From: Chiloscyllium plagiosum
Taxonomy: Eukaryota
Assembly: GCF_004010195.1 (NCBI RefSeq)
Contig: NC_057758.1
Coordinates: forward strand, 3,436,750 to 3,500,749
Length of the DNA stretch: 64,000 nt
Direction: 5' to 3'
Below are positions 27,892 to 40,330 of the stretch, one piece after another. Positions within the stretch are counted from its first letter, which is position 1. The number at the start of each line of letters is the position of its first letter. A program made the translations under genes and the position numbers. A model generated the notes under the pieces. That model saw nothing but the letters and a program-made list of their open reading frames with translations. It was not told the origin of the DNA and made no database searches.

Positions 27892-28126
27892 CCAAGACAC
27901 CAACAGCAGCAAGGAATGGATAGTAAGCGTGTTGAAACAGCAGAAGGATATACCGTATTCGATAGTAGACTGTCATCCAATGTTGATTTCTAATGTAATA
28001 AGCGATTTGTGCAGGGAATCGTCTATCCATATTTGTGGAATTCCAGTCTGCTGTCTCCAGGTTCGGTTCCATTGTTGTAATATTCCAGTGTGTCCTTCTC
28101 AGATTTCGATCACTCCTCTCCCTCAT
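27892..28126 (-). CDS. GPR139/GPR142-like GPCR, exon 1 (N-terminus and start of TM1)
   Basis: ATG at 28126; ...YYPFLAAVGVL then donor G|GTAAGT at 27891, phase 1, joining exon 2 in frame (VGVL-V-NVLA); N-glycosylation sequons NIT and NST. Start could instead be M19 or M33. Confidence 0.85.
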
Positions 28127-28217
28127 TTTTACTGAGGCTGATCGCTCTGCAAGCCACAGCTAAGGGCTCCCTGTGATATCATGAGATGACACTTTAGAGT
28201 TTTGCCCTTATGAAGCG

Positions 28218-28487
28218 AAAAGGGGAAATCTCCGATGATACAATGAGGATCCCTGGGGACTGACATAATTTGTCGTCTCTGAGCAAATAATTGCTGCTGC
28301 CGTCTCTCATTGTAAAATGGCTTGCACTCAGAAAATCACAAAAACAACTTTTGCATTGAAAAGAGGAAATCTCCACTGATACGACGAGGATCCTTGGAGC
28401 CTGACTTCATTTGTCGTCTATGAACAAATAATTTCTACTGACGTCTCTCAGAGCAACACACCTTGGCCTCAGAAAATAACAAAACAT
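28218..28487. repeat. Two-copy ~141-bp tandem duplication in the GPCR upstream region
   Basis: GGAAATCTCC..GAGGATCC..ATTTGTCGTCT..CAAATAATT..CTCAGAAAAT occurs from 28218 and again from 28359. Confidence 0.85.
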
Positions 28488-29145
28488 TAAATTTCCCAGT
28501 GAGATATCGAGAAAACAGGACTACACAAAAAAGAAAAACACACAAACAGCAAAATCTTTCAATTTTATAATTCTGAGCTTTCTTGCTTAATTTGATTGAG
28601 AGGCGGTTATTGAAAAAGTGTACTTCTTAATAAAATAATGGCAATCATAAAACATGTTGGTGCGGGCCTCTCAGAGCAATATCAGAAAGAGTGTGCAGAG
28701 AGGCACAGGACCTTATTACTATAATCCTAACATATTCTTCCAATTTTCCAAAAAATGGAGTCAGAGCTCGCTAAACCCAAATATGTCAAATCTAGACACT
28801 ATGTTAAAATTTTGTGAGAGTAACTGCATCCACCACCGTCTCTGCTAGCACATTACACATTCTAGATGAAAGGAATTTCTCAGATCTCCGCGATGTCCTC
28901 TGGTCTGAGACAGATCTGCCATGGTTTGATATTGATGTATCTGTTACGTATCGTTCAGAATGTAGCAGAGAGGATTGAAGAATCTCACAGCTGAAGGAAG
29001 AATAATGAAGTTCCCAAAAGATGTGGCGAGAAGTGCACAGCAAAATGGAGCGCTTTCGACAGAAGGGACAATATGACCAATGATAAGATTGATGTGACCT
29101 GAACACTTTTCAGTGGATACGCTTTGACAGGCTGCAGTGCGGCTG

Positions 29146-29261
29146 ATGTGATGTGGGCATGTTTTTGCAAACTGGTCTGGAGAGTAGACCCAGAGTGAAA
29201 ATTGGAAGAGACACAACAGGACCCATCGCATGATTTCAGGAATTGTGAACCCTACCTCAGG
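29146..29261 (+). pseudogene. Probable decayed exon 1 of the defensin pseudogene
   Basis: GCTGATGTGATGTGGGCATG resembles the intact start CCTGATGATGTGGACATC; AATTGTGAAC..CTACCTCAGG resembles the exon-1 3' end seen at 33833-33858 and 55662-55636. Confidence 0.4.
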
Positions 29262-32200
29262 AAAATGAAAGGTATGGATCACTCATAGTTAGGTGTAAGA
29301 GAGGCAATAACATGGAAAGTAAACATAATGTGCCTCTGCATGAATTCCATGTAAATGGTAAACAGTGCTGGTGAGATACAGTGGCAGATTTTCATTCCAC
29401 CTGTCCACAGTAGAAAACAAAAATAATGCTGCGGGAGCTTCAAAGTCGGGGTTTCAGTTAGAGCATTACTGGGTGTGTCATTTTACTGGTTATAAAATAT
29501 TCAGGACACATAAGAAAATAAATTAAGGTAATCACCGCATGCTTGGGGGAAGAGACAATAGCGGGTGACCCACAAAGAGAAGAGATTGTGACTATGTGTT
29601 AGGACAGGTCATTGCAGGGAACTGAGACACAGTTTATGATAATGTTCAATTTGGGATAGTACAGTGCAAGCTGTGAATACCCAAGAGAGGTTCAAGATGA
29701 ACGAAGTGAGAAGGCTGTAAAAACTGGACATAGCGTCAATAGAATGTGTTCAATGAAGAATTCATTCAGTCACAATTACCGGAGATATCAGGCAGGAGCA
29801 GACCAAAAGACAATCAGCTCCCTCCAACCTGCTGCATCTTCAAAATTATCATGACTGGTTCTGCTGCCTTTGGAATTTCACGCTGCCATATCCACCTCCA
29901 AATCCTTTCCATTTCTCTGTTAAACTAATCTGTTCACCTCCTGAATAAGGATCCCCATTTCGCACGAAAAGAACGAAAGTTCACATCTGTACTTAGAGAA
30001 AACCATTGTCAACTGGCTCAAAGGTAGAAGACAGAGGATGGTGGTGGAGGGTTGTTTTTCAGGGTGGAAGCCAGCGACCAGTGGAGTGAACAAATTTGGA
30101 CAGCTTCTATCGAGCAAAGCTGGTACAATCAGCTGTTAGATTCAAACATTAACTGTCATCTCACTCTGTCTCACTGTAATGCCCTTATCTTTCTTACTAT
30201 GCCTGTTGGAACATAGAACACAAACCATCAAGCATAGGAAAGTACAGTACAGTACACAATAAATACTTTGGTTGTTTGTCACATGCTCACTGTTGGATGT
30301 GATAGGGCTCAGTTTCGAGTTTCTTTTCAGTTTCTTTATTACTTGCTCAAAAAACTCAATCAAGTTTGTGAGACATGGTTTCCCACGGACAAATGCATGT
30401 TGACTATCCCTAATCAGTCCTTGCCTCTACATCATGTCCCTCAGGATTCCCTCCAACAACTTGCCCACCACCTCCGTCAGTGGGCCCTACAGTTGACTAC
30501 TGATTTTTCTCAGGCAATTTTTCACAATTTTTGCTGTCGTGACCCACTAAGTTCGGAAAGCATGGAAGATAGTGCTGAAATTGGCAACTATGCTACTTTA
30601 AATATCCCTGAAATGTCCCTGGGACAGCAATTTAGCGTCAATGGACGATCCCACAGGAATATCCTCTGCACGTACTGCTGTGTCGGCCCCCCATTCAAAT
30701 CCACCAACACGTCTCCTCTCTTCCGCCTGTTCAATTCTTCCTGTCGCAGTTGTAACCTTGTACAATGAGCTCGCAGTCCTGCCCCTCCCTTACCTGTGTT
30801 TCTGTGGACCCGAGATGAACCAGCTAGACAGATATAGTGTAGTTTCCCTACAACGTGGCATCAGACTCTTCGGCCCAACCAGTCCACACCAACCTACCAA
30901 ACAGTAACTCGCCCAGATCCATTTCCCTCTACATCACTCTATCTTCTGATCCAGCTTTAAATACAAGTCACCAATATGTCACCAACGCTCTAAAAGGTGC
31001 TGGCGAAGGGTCTCTCCGTTCATCACTTCCTCTGAACGTCCATTAGCTCTCCTCTCACTCTCACTCAATTATTCTTCATATTTCCGCTTCGCTGTCTTTC
31101 CTCTCCCTCTTCCTGTTGAGTGTTCTATTGCCTTCTTTCAATCAACCCAGATTCTTATTCCTCCTTGTTCTGAAATGATGTTATGGTGTCATTTTGGATA
31201 ATTTTGCTAATTGTCTACCCACAATAATATCGACCAAGGGGATGTCGTTAGCTGCCTCGTTCACACGTTGAATAGGGAAACGTTTTCAAATTTCATTGAC
31301 CCGCCCCTCGCGATCCCTGCAATATTTTCCATTCTCCACATCATTTCCCGATACCCATAACCCTCTAATTCTTATGCACATACCCCTATAATTCTGAAGA
31401 ATTCCAAGTGATCAGACAGTGTGTCGTTTTTGCGATTTTATTCAGCTGCTTGAGCTTAGGTCTGCGGAATCCCTTCCGTACAAATGCAACCAATGATCTC
31501 AATCAGTCCTCCAAATGAAACACGTTACAAAATTTTCAGGTAAAGTACTCGTATATCTCCTTCTTTTTCTATTTGAAAGAAAACACTGCATACAGAGCTG
31601 GTTGACATATCCATTGGTTAAGTCACACTGGGATCACTGTGCAAAGTTCTGATCCCTGTGTCCTTCCGAGTGACAGTACTTCGAACACTGTTGCAGCAAT
31701 AAGTACGAACTCCTTGATAAGACAACTTGATAACACTGCGAACCGTTTTAGAATCCTTATCACTCAGGTACACGAGAGCACTGTGCGCAGAGATGAACTG
31801 ATTGTCCTTTGGTACAGTCACAGCAGGAGCAATGTGCACATGTCTTATCTGTATATGCCGTATTTGGTCCACACTGGAAGCCCTGTGCATAGGCATTGTT
31901 GTCCTATCCCTTAGTTAGTCTATATTTTGTCCACTGCACCCATAGATATGGTCTAAATCTCCCTTGGTAAGACTATGCTGTACATAGTTCTCGACTCCAC
32001 ATCCCTGAGTTCGACGACAGTGGAACCACAGTGCACAGTCTTTGTCTCACTATGTCTCAGCGACGACATTCTTTTTGTAGAACCCCTACAGTGTTGAAAC
32101 AGGCCCTTCTCCCCAAGAAGTCCACACCAACCCTCCAAAGACGAACTCACTGAGACCCATTAGGAACGTGCAGACAGTTCACGTCTCTATCTCCCTTGAT

Positions 32201-32421
32201 AAGATACCACCGAGAACACTGGGCATTTCTCTCATCTTAACATCCCTTGGAAAGCCTATGTCTGGAGTACTGTGCAAAGTCCTGGCGTCAATCTCTTTCA
32301 TTGGATCAGACTGGCAGCATTGGATACATTTCTGTTCGCCATGCTTCTTGTTCTGATGACACACAGAGGGTAGGTTGTCCTGGCTGGAGACATCATTTAA
32401 GTATTCCTTTCTGTTTTACAG

Positions 32422-32540
32422 GTTTCTGCAACTCTTGTGCACTCCAGAGAGGAACTTGCATGTGATTCCCTTGTCTTACCCATGAAGGCCATTGCAGTGG
32501 GATTTGTGAACTCGGGCTATACTGCTTCACGATAAAATGA
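32422..32540 (+). pseudogene. Beta-defensin-like pseudogene, mature-peptide exon
   Basis: Acceptor CCTTTCTGTTTTACAG, phase 1; (G)FCNSCALQRGTCM*FPCLTHEGHCSGICELGLYCFTIK*; same 119-nt length and C-x6-C-x4-C-x10-C-x5-C spacing as the intact exon; TGA at 32463, last Cys codon reads TTC; AATAAA 32797-32802. Confidence 0.8.
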
Positions 32541-33419
32541 ATGTACATCATTAGTGCCTGAGGCACTAACTGATGCAAATTGTTATTTCTGTAGGTCGAC
32601 TGCGCTCCATTGTGTGGATCCAATGACCCCGATTACAGTTTTCTAAATCGTAACAATATTGTCCATGCCCGGGTTTAGCGATCATTTGATCGTAGGGAGG
32701 GCAGTCACAAAAACAGGCAGAATCATTCACATCTTGCAGTTCCAGCTGTGCCATCCTCATCTGATGGCCTTGTCCTCCACAACGTAAAACAACAGTAATA
32801 AACTGTTGGAGAGGATTGAGTACTCCAATTCCCTTCTGACTTTCGAATTTGAACCGCCTTCACTCTGAAAGTCCAATGGTTATCCAACAACGAATCGAAT
32901 TGATTGATGCTTGCAATCCAAAGTTCCCCTGCAGTTCGTGGCGAGAGAACCTGCAGAAAGGGAAATAATGTCCTTGCCTTCCTTCTAACAAATCTTCATG
33001 CCTCGCACACATCTGTCCACATCACCACTGTCAGAAATGAACACCACACAGTCCTGGCGAAGACAAAATATTCCCGCCACACTGAGGATACAGTTCTGCT
33101 ATTGTGCCAAATAGAGCAGATTCTGGACAGATCTGGAATCTCCAATCTGGGCAGCCATGTGGAGCCAGTGGAGTACAATTTAATCACAATCACGTAAAAC
33201 ACTGTGTCGTATATTCCGAATGCATAAAACCCTCAGATCATCCCCTGAGCAACCTCCAGCAATTCATTTCACTTTGACCTTGTAAAGGTATCGCCAAGGA
33301 GATTTGGTGCATCTGTGAAATTCATCGTGCACATGGTACACATTTTGTTCTCAGCGTCCGTGGTATGGGAGCAGAGTACTTTTTTTGTATGTGACTCCAA
33401 AGCATTAACTCTGTTTTCA

Positions 33420-33655
33420 TAGATTCACGACAGTGTGGAAGCAAACGATTAGACCCACCAAGCCCATACCAAACCTCAGATGAGTATCCCATCCCGACAA
33501 AATCCATTATCCTTTAATGTACATGTCCCATGACAAATCCAATTAACCTACATCGCCCTAAAATCGACGGGCAATTTTGCATGGCCAATTCACCTAAGCT
33601 GTACATCTTTGACTGTGGGAGAAAACCAGGGCACGCAAAGAAAACCCACGCAGCT
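33420..33655 (-). mobile_element. HE1-like SINE, 5'-truncated (a short 3' piece also at ~32075-32160)
   Basis: GCATGGCCAATTCACCTAA..TTTGACTGTGGGAGAAAACC; reverse complement of the 14293 element body. Confidence 0.8.
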
Positions 33656-33784
33656 GCGAGAGTTTTCTGTACGTAGGTGCTGCAAGACCTGCTGAGTTTC
33701 TCTGGTAATTTCTCATTTTGTTAATCTCTGAGCCAGGAAGCCCGATTTCAAATTCTACTGACTTTTGAGCTGATGGAGAAACTC

Positions 33785-33885
33785 TGTGCAATGGATAGAG
33801 CAATGGCTGTCTCCGCGCCCACAATCTCATGCAACTGTGAACGGTATCTACCTGGGAGCTTTTGTGCGTGTCCACAGGGAAAATG
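33785..33885 (+). pseudogene. Relic of a defensin signal/pro exon (additional paralog)
   Basis: AACTGTGAACGGTATCTACCTGGGAG..GTGC..CAGGGAA (GIYLG) aligns with intact AACTGCGAAGCGGCATTTATTTGGGAG|GTCAGTGC..CAGGGAA; donor destroyed and frame broken. Confidence 0.6.
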
Positions 33886-35017
33886 TGAACGTCCTTCAGA
33901 GGCGGCAGGGGAAGCAGTCTCCAGTCCAAATGCTGACCATCATGGGAATGCAACTTTGCATTCACCTTTCATCTTCACTCCCAGCGAGAGGGGAGAAGAT
34001 TCTTAGAGGCTGCTGGAGAGAATGGCAAATGTTGTTTACTCTCAACTATGACCACAAAGATACACACATCTCCACACGTGTCACTTTCTGCCTTTCTGTC
34101 CCCATTCACAATGCCCAGTCAAAAATGTGGGACCCCAACAAGAGCCATCAGTCACCCACTGACCAATGCCTAGACTCTGAGATCAAGGACCCCATTCAGT
34201 TGGCCATCCGGAACAGAAAGATAATGCCTCTCACATCCATTGTTTCAATTTGGCAGATCTTAACATCGTGTGTTCACGCAGATTTCGCTGAATTTATACA
34301 TTTCAAAGTTAGCTTCAAACCCTCAGTTTGTGGTGTGTTGTAGGATGGAGCATGGAATAACAGAACCGTTTGCTCCAACAGATGCCACTTAGAGTCTGGC
34401 AGTCAGAGCTCGAAAAGGTTTCTTAGTGCAAACCAAACCGGGCAGCCTTCACCATGGATACTCAAGTTGGATCAACCGGAGTACATTCTACTCCTTTGCT
34501 GATTTCCCGTGTTTCTTTCAGGCAATCTTTAAATTTACACGCAGAATGACATCGGTGGAATAGATTTTGACATCATGACCCAATGCTAATTGCTTCATCT
34601 TGCTGTGTATTCATTTCTTCAAACGCTCCAACAGCCTCACACCTCACCGACAGTTTATTACTGCCCCAAGACACAGGAAGACAACTCACCCTTCAATTCC
34701 TTATTTTTCGTTTTATCGTTTCTACTGATCTCCCTGTTCACTCATTCACCATCTATTTGCATCTCTCTTTCTCTCCCTAAGTTTCGCTACCTCCCTTTAT
34801 AACTTTCTGCACATCTGCTCACAGGTCTGTCTCTGAATCTCCTTCCCTCTTCTTGTCCTCCCCTTTCCACACCATTTTCCATTTAAAAAATGTTCTCTCT
34901 CTTTCTCAATCCTGAAGTTTCATGATTCTCTGTTTGCTTTCTCATTTTCCCTCTTGCTGTCTCTCAAATGTTTTCTCTTTGCTCCCCCATAAATCCAAAA
35001 GCTTTGGCTAATTAAAT

Positions 35018-36760
35018 AGAGTTATAGAGTTATAGAGATGTACAACACAGAAACAGACCCTTCAGTCCAACTCGTCCGTGCTGATCAGATATCCCAAACC
35101 AATCTCGTCCCACCTGCCAGCACATATCACCCCAAACCCTTCTTATTCTCTATGCCCATCCAGTTGCCTGTTAATTGTTGCAATTGTACTAGCCTCCACC
35201 ACTTCCTCTTGCATCTCATTCCGTACATGTACCACCCTCTGCGTGAAAGTGTTGTCCCTTTGGTCTCTTCTATATCTTTCCCTTTTCAACATCAATCTAT
35301 GCCCTCTACTTATGGACTCCCCTATCCCAGGGAAAAGAATTTGTCTATTTATCCTAAGCATGCCTCTCATGATTTCATAATCCACTACAAGTTCACCTCT
35401 CTGCCTCCGACCCTCCAGGGAAAACAGCCACAGCCTATTCAACCTCTCCCTATAGGTCAAATCCTCCAACCCTGGCAACATCTTCGTAAATCCTTTCCGA
35501 ACCCTTTCAAAGTTCATGAAATCCTTGCCTTAGGAAGGAGATTAGAATTGACCGAATATTCCAGAAGTGGTCCAACCAATGTCCTTATGCCACAACATGT
35601 CTTCCCAAATCCTGTACTCAATACTCTGACCAATGGAGAAAGCATAACGAACGCCGTATTCACTATCCTATCTACCTGCGACTCAACGTTCATGGAGCTA
35701 TGAACGTTCACTCCATTGTCTCTTTGTGGAGCAACACTCCCTAGGACATTACCATTAAGTAAACTAGTCCTGCTAATATTTGCTTTCCCAAAATGCAACA
35801 CCTCGCATTTATGTAACAAACTCCATCTGCCACTTCACAGCACATTGGCCCATCAGATTTAGCAATCGTTGTAATCTGACTGTCCACTGCGCCTCCAAAT
35901 TTTGTGTCACCTGCAAACTTACTAACTATACCTCTTATGCTCACATCCAATCGTTTATATAAATGACTAAGAGTATTGGACACAGCATCGATCCTTGTGG
36001 CACTCCAATGGCCTGTGCCTGCAGTCTGAAAAGCAACCCTCCACCATCGGCCTCTGCCTTCTCTCTTTGAACCAGTTCTGTAACCAAATGGCTAGTTCTA
36101 CCTTTATTCCAGGAGATCTAACCTTGCCAATCAATCTCCCATGGGGAAACTTGTCGAACGCCTCACTGAAATCCATATAAATCACATCTACCTTTCTGCC
36201 CTCATCAATCCTCTTCGTTACTTCTTCAAAAAATTCAATTAAATTGGTGTGACATGGTTTCGCACACACAAAGCCATATTAACTATCCCTAATCAGTCAT
36301 TCCCTTTCCAAATACATGTACATGATATCTCTCAGGATTCCCTCCTTCAACCTGCACAGCTCCGAGAATCAGGCTCACAGACCAATAGTTCCCTGGCTTG
36401 TCCTTACCATCTTTTCTCAGAAGAGGAAACACGTTAGCCAACCTCCTGTCTTCAGGCACTTCACCTATGACTATCGATAGTACGAATATGTCAGCAAAGA
36501 CTCCAGCCATCACTTCCCAGCTGCCCGCAGAGTTCTAGCGTACATGTTTATGCATTTCAAGACGTCCAGCACTTCCCCATCTGGAAAATGGACATTTTTG
36601 AAGATGTCACCATGAACTCACCAACTTTCTATATTTTCCATGCCTTTTTCCACAGTGAACATTGATACAAAATACTTGTTTAGTTCTTTCCCATGTCCTG
36701 CGGCTCCACACAAAGGCTGCCCAATGGATCTTGGAGGGGCCCTATTCTCTATCTAGTCGA
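35018..36760 (-). mobile_element. Degraded CR1 LINE, RT to 3' end
   Basis: TNLIEFFEEVTKRIDEG..YMDFSEAFDK; ATAGAGTT-repeat tail. Confidence 0.88.
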
Positions 36761-37870
36761 TCTGGCATTTAATTTCCCCTTGAGAAGGTAGGCGTGAGCT
36801 TGCTTAGTGAAATGCTATGTTCCATGTGCTGTAGGTACATTCCATGGTGCCATTACAAAGGGAATTCCAAAATTCTGACCATGCAGTCATGAAGGAATGA
36901 CGATATGTTTCCTATTCAGAGTAGCGAGTGGCTTGGAGGTGAAGGTGCAGGGTGGGGTGTTCCCATACATCCGTTATTCTTGTCATTCTATATGAAAGTG
37001 TTAATTTGTTTGGAAGAGTCTGTCTGAGGACCTTTGGATAATGCTTACAGTGTATTTTGCAGTTGATACGCAGTGCTGCTACTGTGCCTTTAAGGTGGAG
37101 GGAGGAACTTTTTTTTATACTTTGCACATGGTGCCAGACGGTAGAGAGTTCCCGCAATTTCACTTTACATTTCCCTCTAACCAACAGGACTGGTTTCAAG
37201 AATGCTTGTTTAATGTGGTGTCAACCAGGCAGGCTGAGTTCTCTATGATAATGTTGACTGTCTAGAGTATTGTTGCATTTTAACCCATTCAGCCAATAAG
37301 ATTGTACTTTATTACATTCCTGATTTCTGTCTAATTGATAGTGGATCGGCTTTAGGGAGAGGTTCAGGAGGTGTACGAAATCATTGCAATAGTCCCAGCC
37401 TCCGATCTGCCCTTATACCGACTCCACTGATGTGGTGAATCAAGTTCAATTTCTGGTCAATGGTAAGCCCCCAGATTTTGAATCGTGAGGGAATTCAATG
37501 ATGGTAATACCATTGAATATCAAGGGACTATCGTCAGATTCCCTCTCAATGTAAGCCCCCAAGATATTACAGTGTGGGCGGCAATCTGTGACGTTTACAC
37601 CATTGAACTTCAACGGGCAATGATTAGATTCTCTTTCAATGGTAATCACCAGCGCTTTAATCGTCAGGGAATTCGATAATTCGGTGATGGTAATCAGGCG
37701 ATTTGCTGTCAATGCTATTCCCCAGGATGTGGATAGATGAGGAGCACGCAGGCAGGCGGAATCAGTCATGGTAACGCCATTGAGTATCAAGAGGCAGTGA
37801 TTCGACAGTGTCTTATTAAGATGGCCTGGCATTTGTATGATGTAAAGGTTCCTTGCCAGTTTTCAGCACA
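36760..37870 (-). mobile_element. Old non-LTR element fragment with internal tandem duplications
   Basis: ORF 37446-37832 repeats a (RE)SN/D..PL.F/LNG.T motif three times. Confidence 0.6.
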
Positions 37871-38094
37871 GGCTACTCCTGTACAGTCATTGGCGGTTTG
37901 TTAAATGTTTACCAATGAAATGAAACTGTCCTGTTTCCAATCACCATCCCCTCTGACATCCTTCAGTAAATTTCAAACAAGTGAGCTGGTGCTGAGTATG
38001 CAGCAATCGCTCATTGTCTGTTTACAGTGACAGTATAGTAGCAGTGGATATTGACTGTTCATTCGCTCTGGATGCTGGGTTCAATATCATGGGT

Positions 38095-40330
38095 TCATAG
38101 AATCACAGAGCCATAGAGTCATAGAGATGTACAGCATGGAAACAGATCCTTCAGTCCAAACCGTCAATGCCGACCAGATATCCCAACCCAATCTAGTCCC
38201 ACATGTCAGCACCCGGCCCATATCCCTCCAAACCCTTCCTATTCATATACCCATCCAAATGCCTCTTAAATGTTGCAACTGTAACTGCCTCCACCACATC
38301 CTCTGGCAGTTCATTCTATCCACGTACCACCCTCTGCGTGAAATTGTTGCTCCTTAGGTATCTTTTATATCTTTCTCCTCTCACACTAAACCTATGCCCT
38401 CCAGTTCTGGACTCCCCGACCCCAGGGAAAAGACTTTGTCTATTTATCCTATCCATGCCCCTCATAATTTTGTAAACCTCTACAAGGTCACCCCTCAGCC
38501 TCCGACGGTCCAGGGAAAACAACCCCAGTCTGTTCAGTCTCTCCCTGTAGCTCAGATCCTCTAAACCTGGCAACATCCTTGTAAATCTTTTCTGAATCCT
38601 TTCAAGGTTTGCAACATCTTTCCGATAGGAAGGAGACCAGAATTGCACACAATATTCCAACAGTGGCCTAAACAATGTCCTGTACAGCTGCAACATGACC
38701 TCCCAACTCCTGTACTCAATACTCTGACCAATAAAGGAAAGCATACCAAACGCCTTCTTCACTATTCTACCTACCTGCGATTCCACTTCAAGGAGCTATG
38801 AACCTGCACTCCAAGGTCTCTTTGTTCAGCAACACTCCCTAGGACCTTACCATTAAGTGAATAAGCCCTGCTAAAATTTGCTTTCCCAAAACGCAGCACC
38901 TCCCATTTATCCGAATTACACTCCATCTGCCACTTCTCAGCCCATTGTCCCATCTGTTCCAGATGCTGTTGTAATCTGAGGTAACCCTCTTCGCTGTCCA
39001 CTACACCCCCAGTTTTGGTGTCATCTGCAAACTTACTAACTGTGTCTCTTATGTTCACATCCAAATCATTTATGTAAATGACAAAAAGTAGAGGGCCCAG
39101 CATCGATCCTTGTGGCACTCCACTGGTCACAGACCTCCACTCTGAAAAACACCCTCCACCACCACCCTCTGTCTTCTACCTTTGAGCTAGTTCTGTATCC
39201 AAATGGCTAGTTCTCCATGTATTCCATGAGATCTAACCTTGCTAATTCGTCTCCCATGGGGAACCTTGTCGAACGCCTTACTGAAGTCCATATAGATCAT
39301 ATCTACTGCTCTGCCCTCATCAATCTTCTTTGTTACTTCTTCAAAAAACTCAATCAAGTTTGTGAGACATGATTTCCCACGCACAAAGCCGTGTTTACTA
39401 TTCCGAATCAGTCCTTGCCTTTCCATATACATGTACATCCTGTCCCTCAGGATTCCCTCCAACAGCTTTCCCACCACAGAGGTCAGTCTCATCGGTTTAT
39501 TGTTCCCTGAGTTGTCTTTACCGCCCTTCCTAAACTGTGGTACCACGTTTGCCAACCTCCAGTCTTCCAGCACCTCACCTGTGACTATCGATGATACAAA
39601 TATCTCAGCAAGAGGCCCAGCAATCACTTCTCCAGCTTCACATAGAGTTCTCGGGTACACCGGATCAGGTCCTAGGGATTTATCAACATTTAACAGTTTC
39701 TCAACGTCCACCACATCCTCTTCTGTAATCTGGACATTTTGCAAGATGTCACCATCTATTTCCCTGCAGTCTATATCTTCCATATCCTTTTCCACAGTAA
39801 ATGCTGATGCAAAATATTCATTTAGTATCACCCCCATTTTCAGCGAAACCACACAAAGGCTGTCTTGCTGATCTTCGAGGGGCCCCATTCTCTCCCGAGT
39901 TACCCTTTTGTCCTTTATATATTTGTAAAAACCCTTTGGGTTCTCCTTCATTCTATTTGCCAAAGCTATCTCATGTCCCATAGAGATGTACAACATGGAA
40001 ACAAACACTTCGGTCCAAATCTTCTTCGGGCAGCTCATTCCAAACATGCAACATCCCGTAGGTAAAAGAAATATTCTATATGTTGTCACTCTCACGTTAA
40101 ACCTATGCTGTCTTGTTTGGGTTCCCAAGTCTGGAGAAAAGGCATTGTCTCAAATCCTCTCCACAGAGCAACATGCCTGTAAATCCTTTCTGAACATTTT
40201 TAAGATTCACAACATTCCTCAGATAGGAAAAAGACAGAACTGCACACCATTTTCCAAAAGTCGCCTGGACAATATAGCCGCAACATGACCTCCCAACTGC
40301 TTTAGTCAATGCATTGACTAATACAGACAC
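38095..40330 (-). mobile_element. CR1 LINE ORF2 (well preserved, 38095-39976) plus an adjacent older 3' fragment
   Basis: ORFs 39187-40128, 38771-39130 (GVPQGS, FADD) and 38316-38786; CATAGAGT-like tail. Confidence 0.92.

Noticed and set aside
30560..30700. NGRSHRNILCTYCC as another defensin exon
   Set aside because: Upstream cysteines and spacing do not fit, and there is no matching phase-1 acceptor
32463..32465. In-frame TGA read as selenocysteine
   Set aside because: Not at a conserved Cys position, the exon has other lesions, and no SECIS was evident
31560..33330. Cys-rich minus-strand frames suggesting a viral env relic
   Set aside because: No sustained frame or recognisable env motif; better explained by the plus-strand defensin pseudogene and its introns
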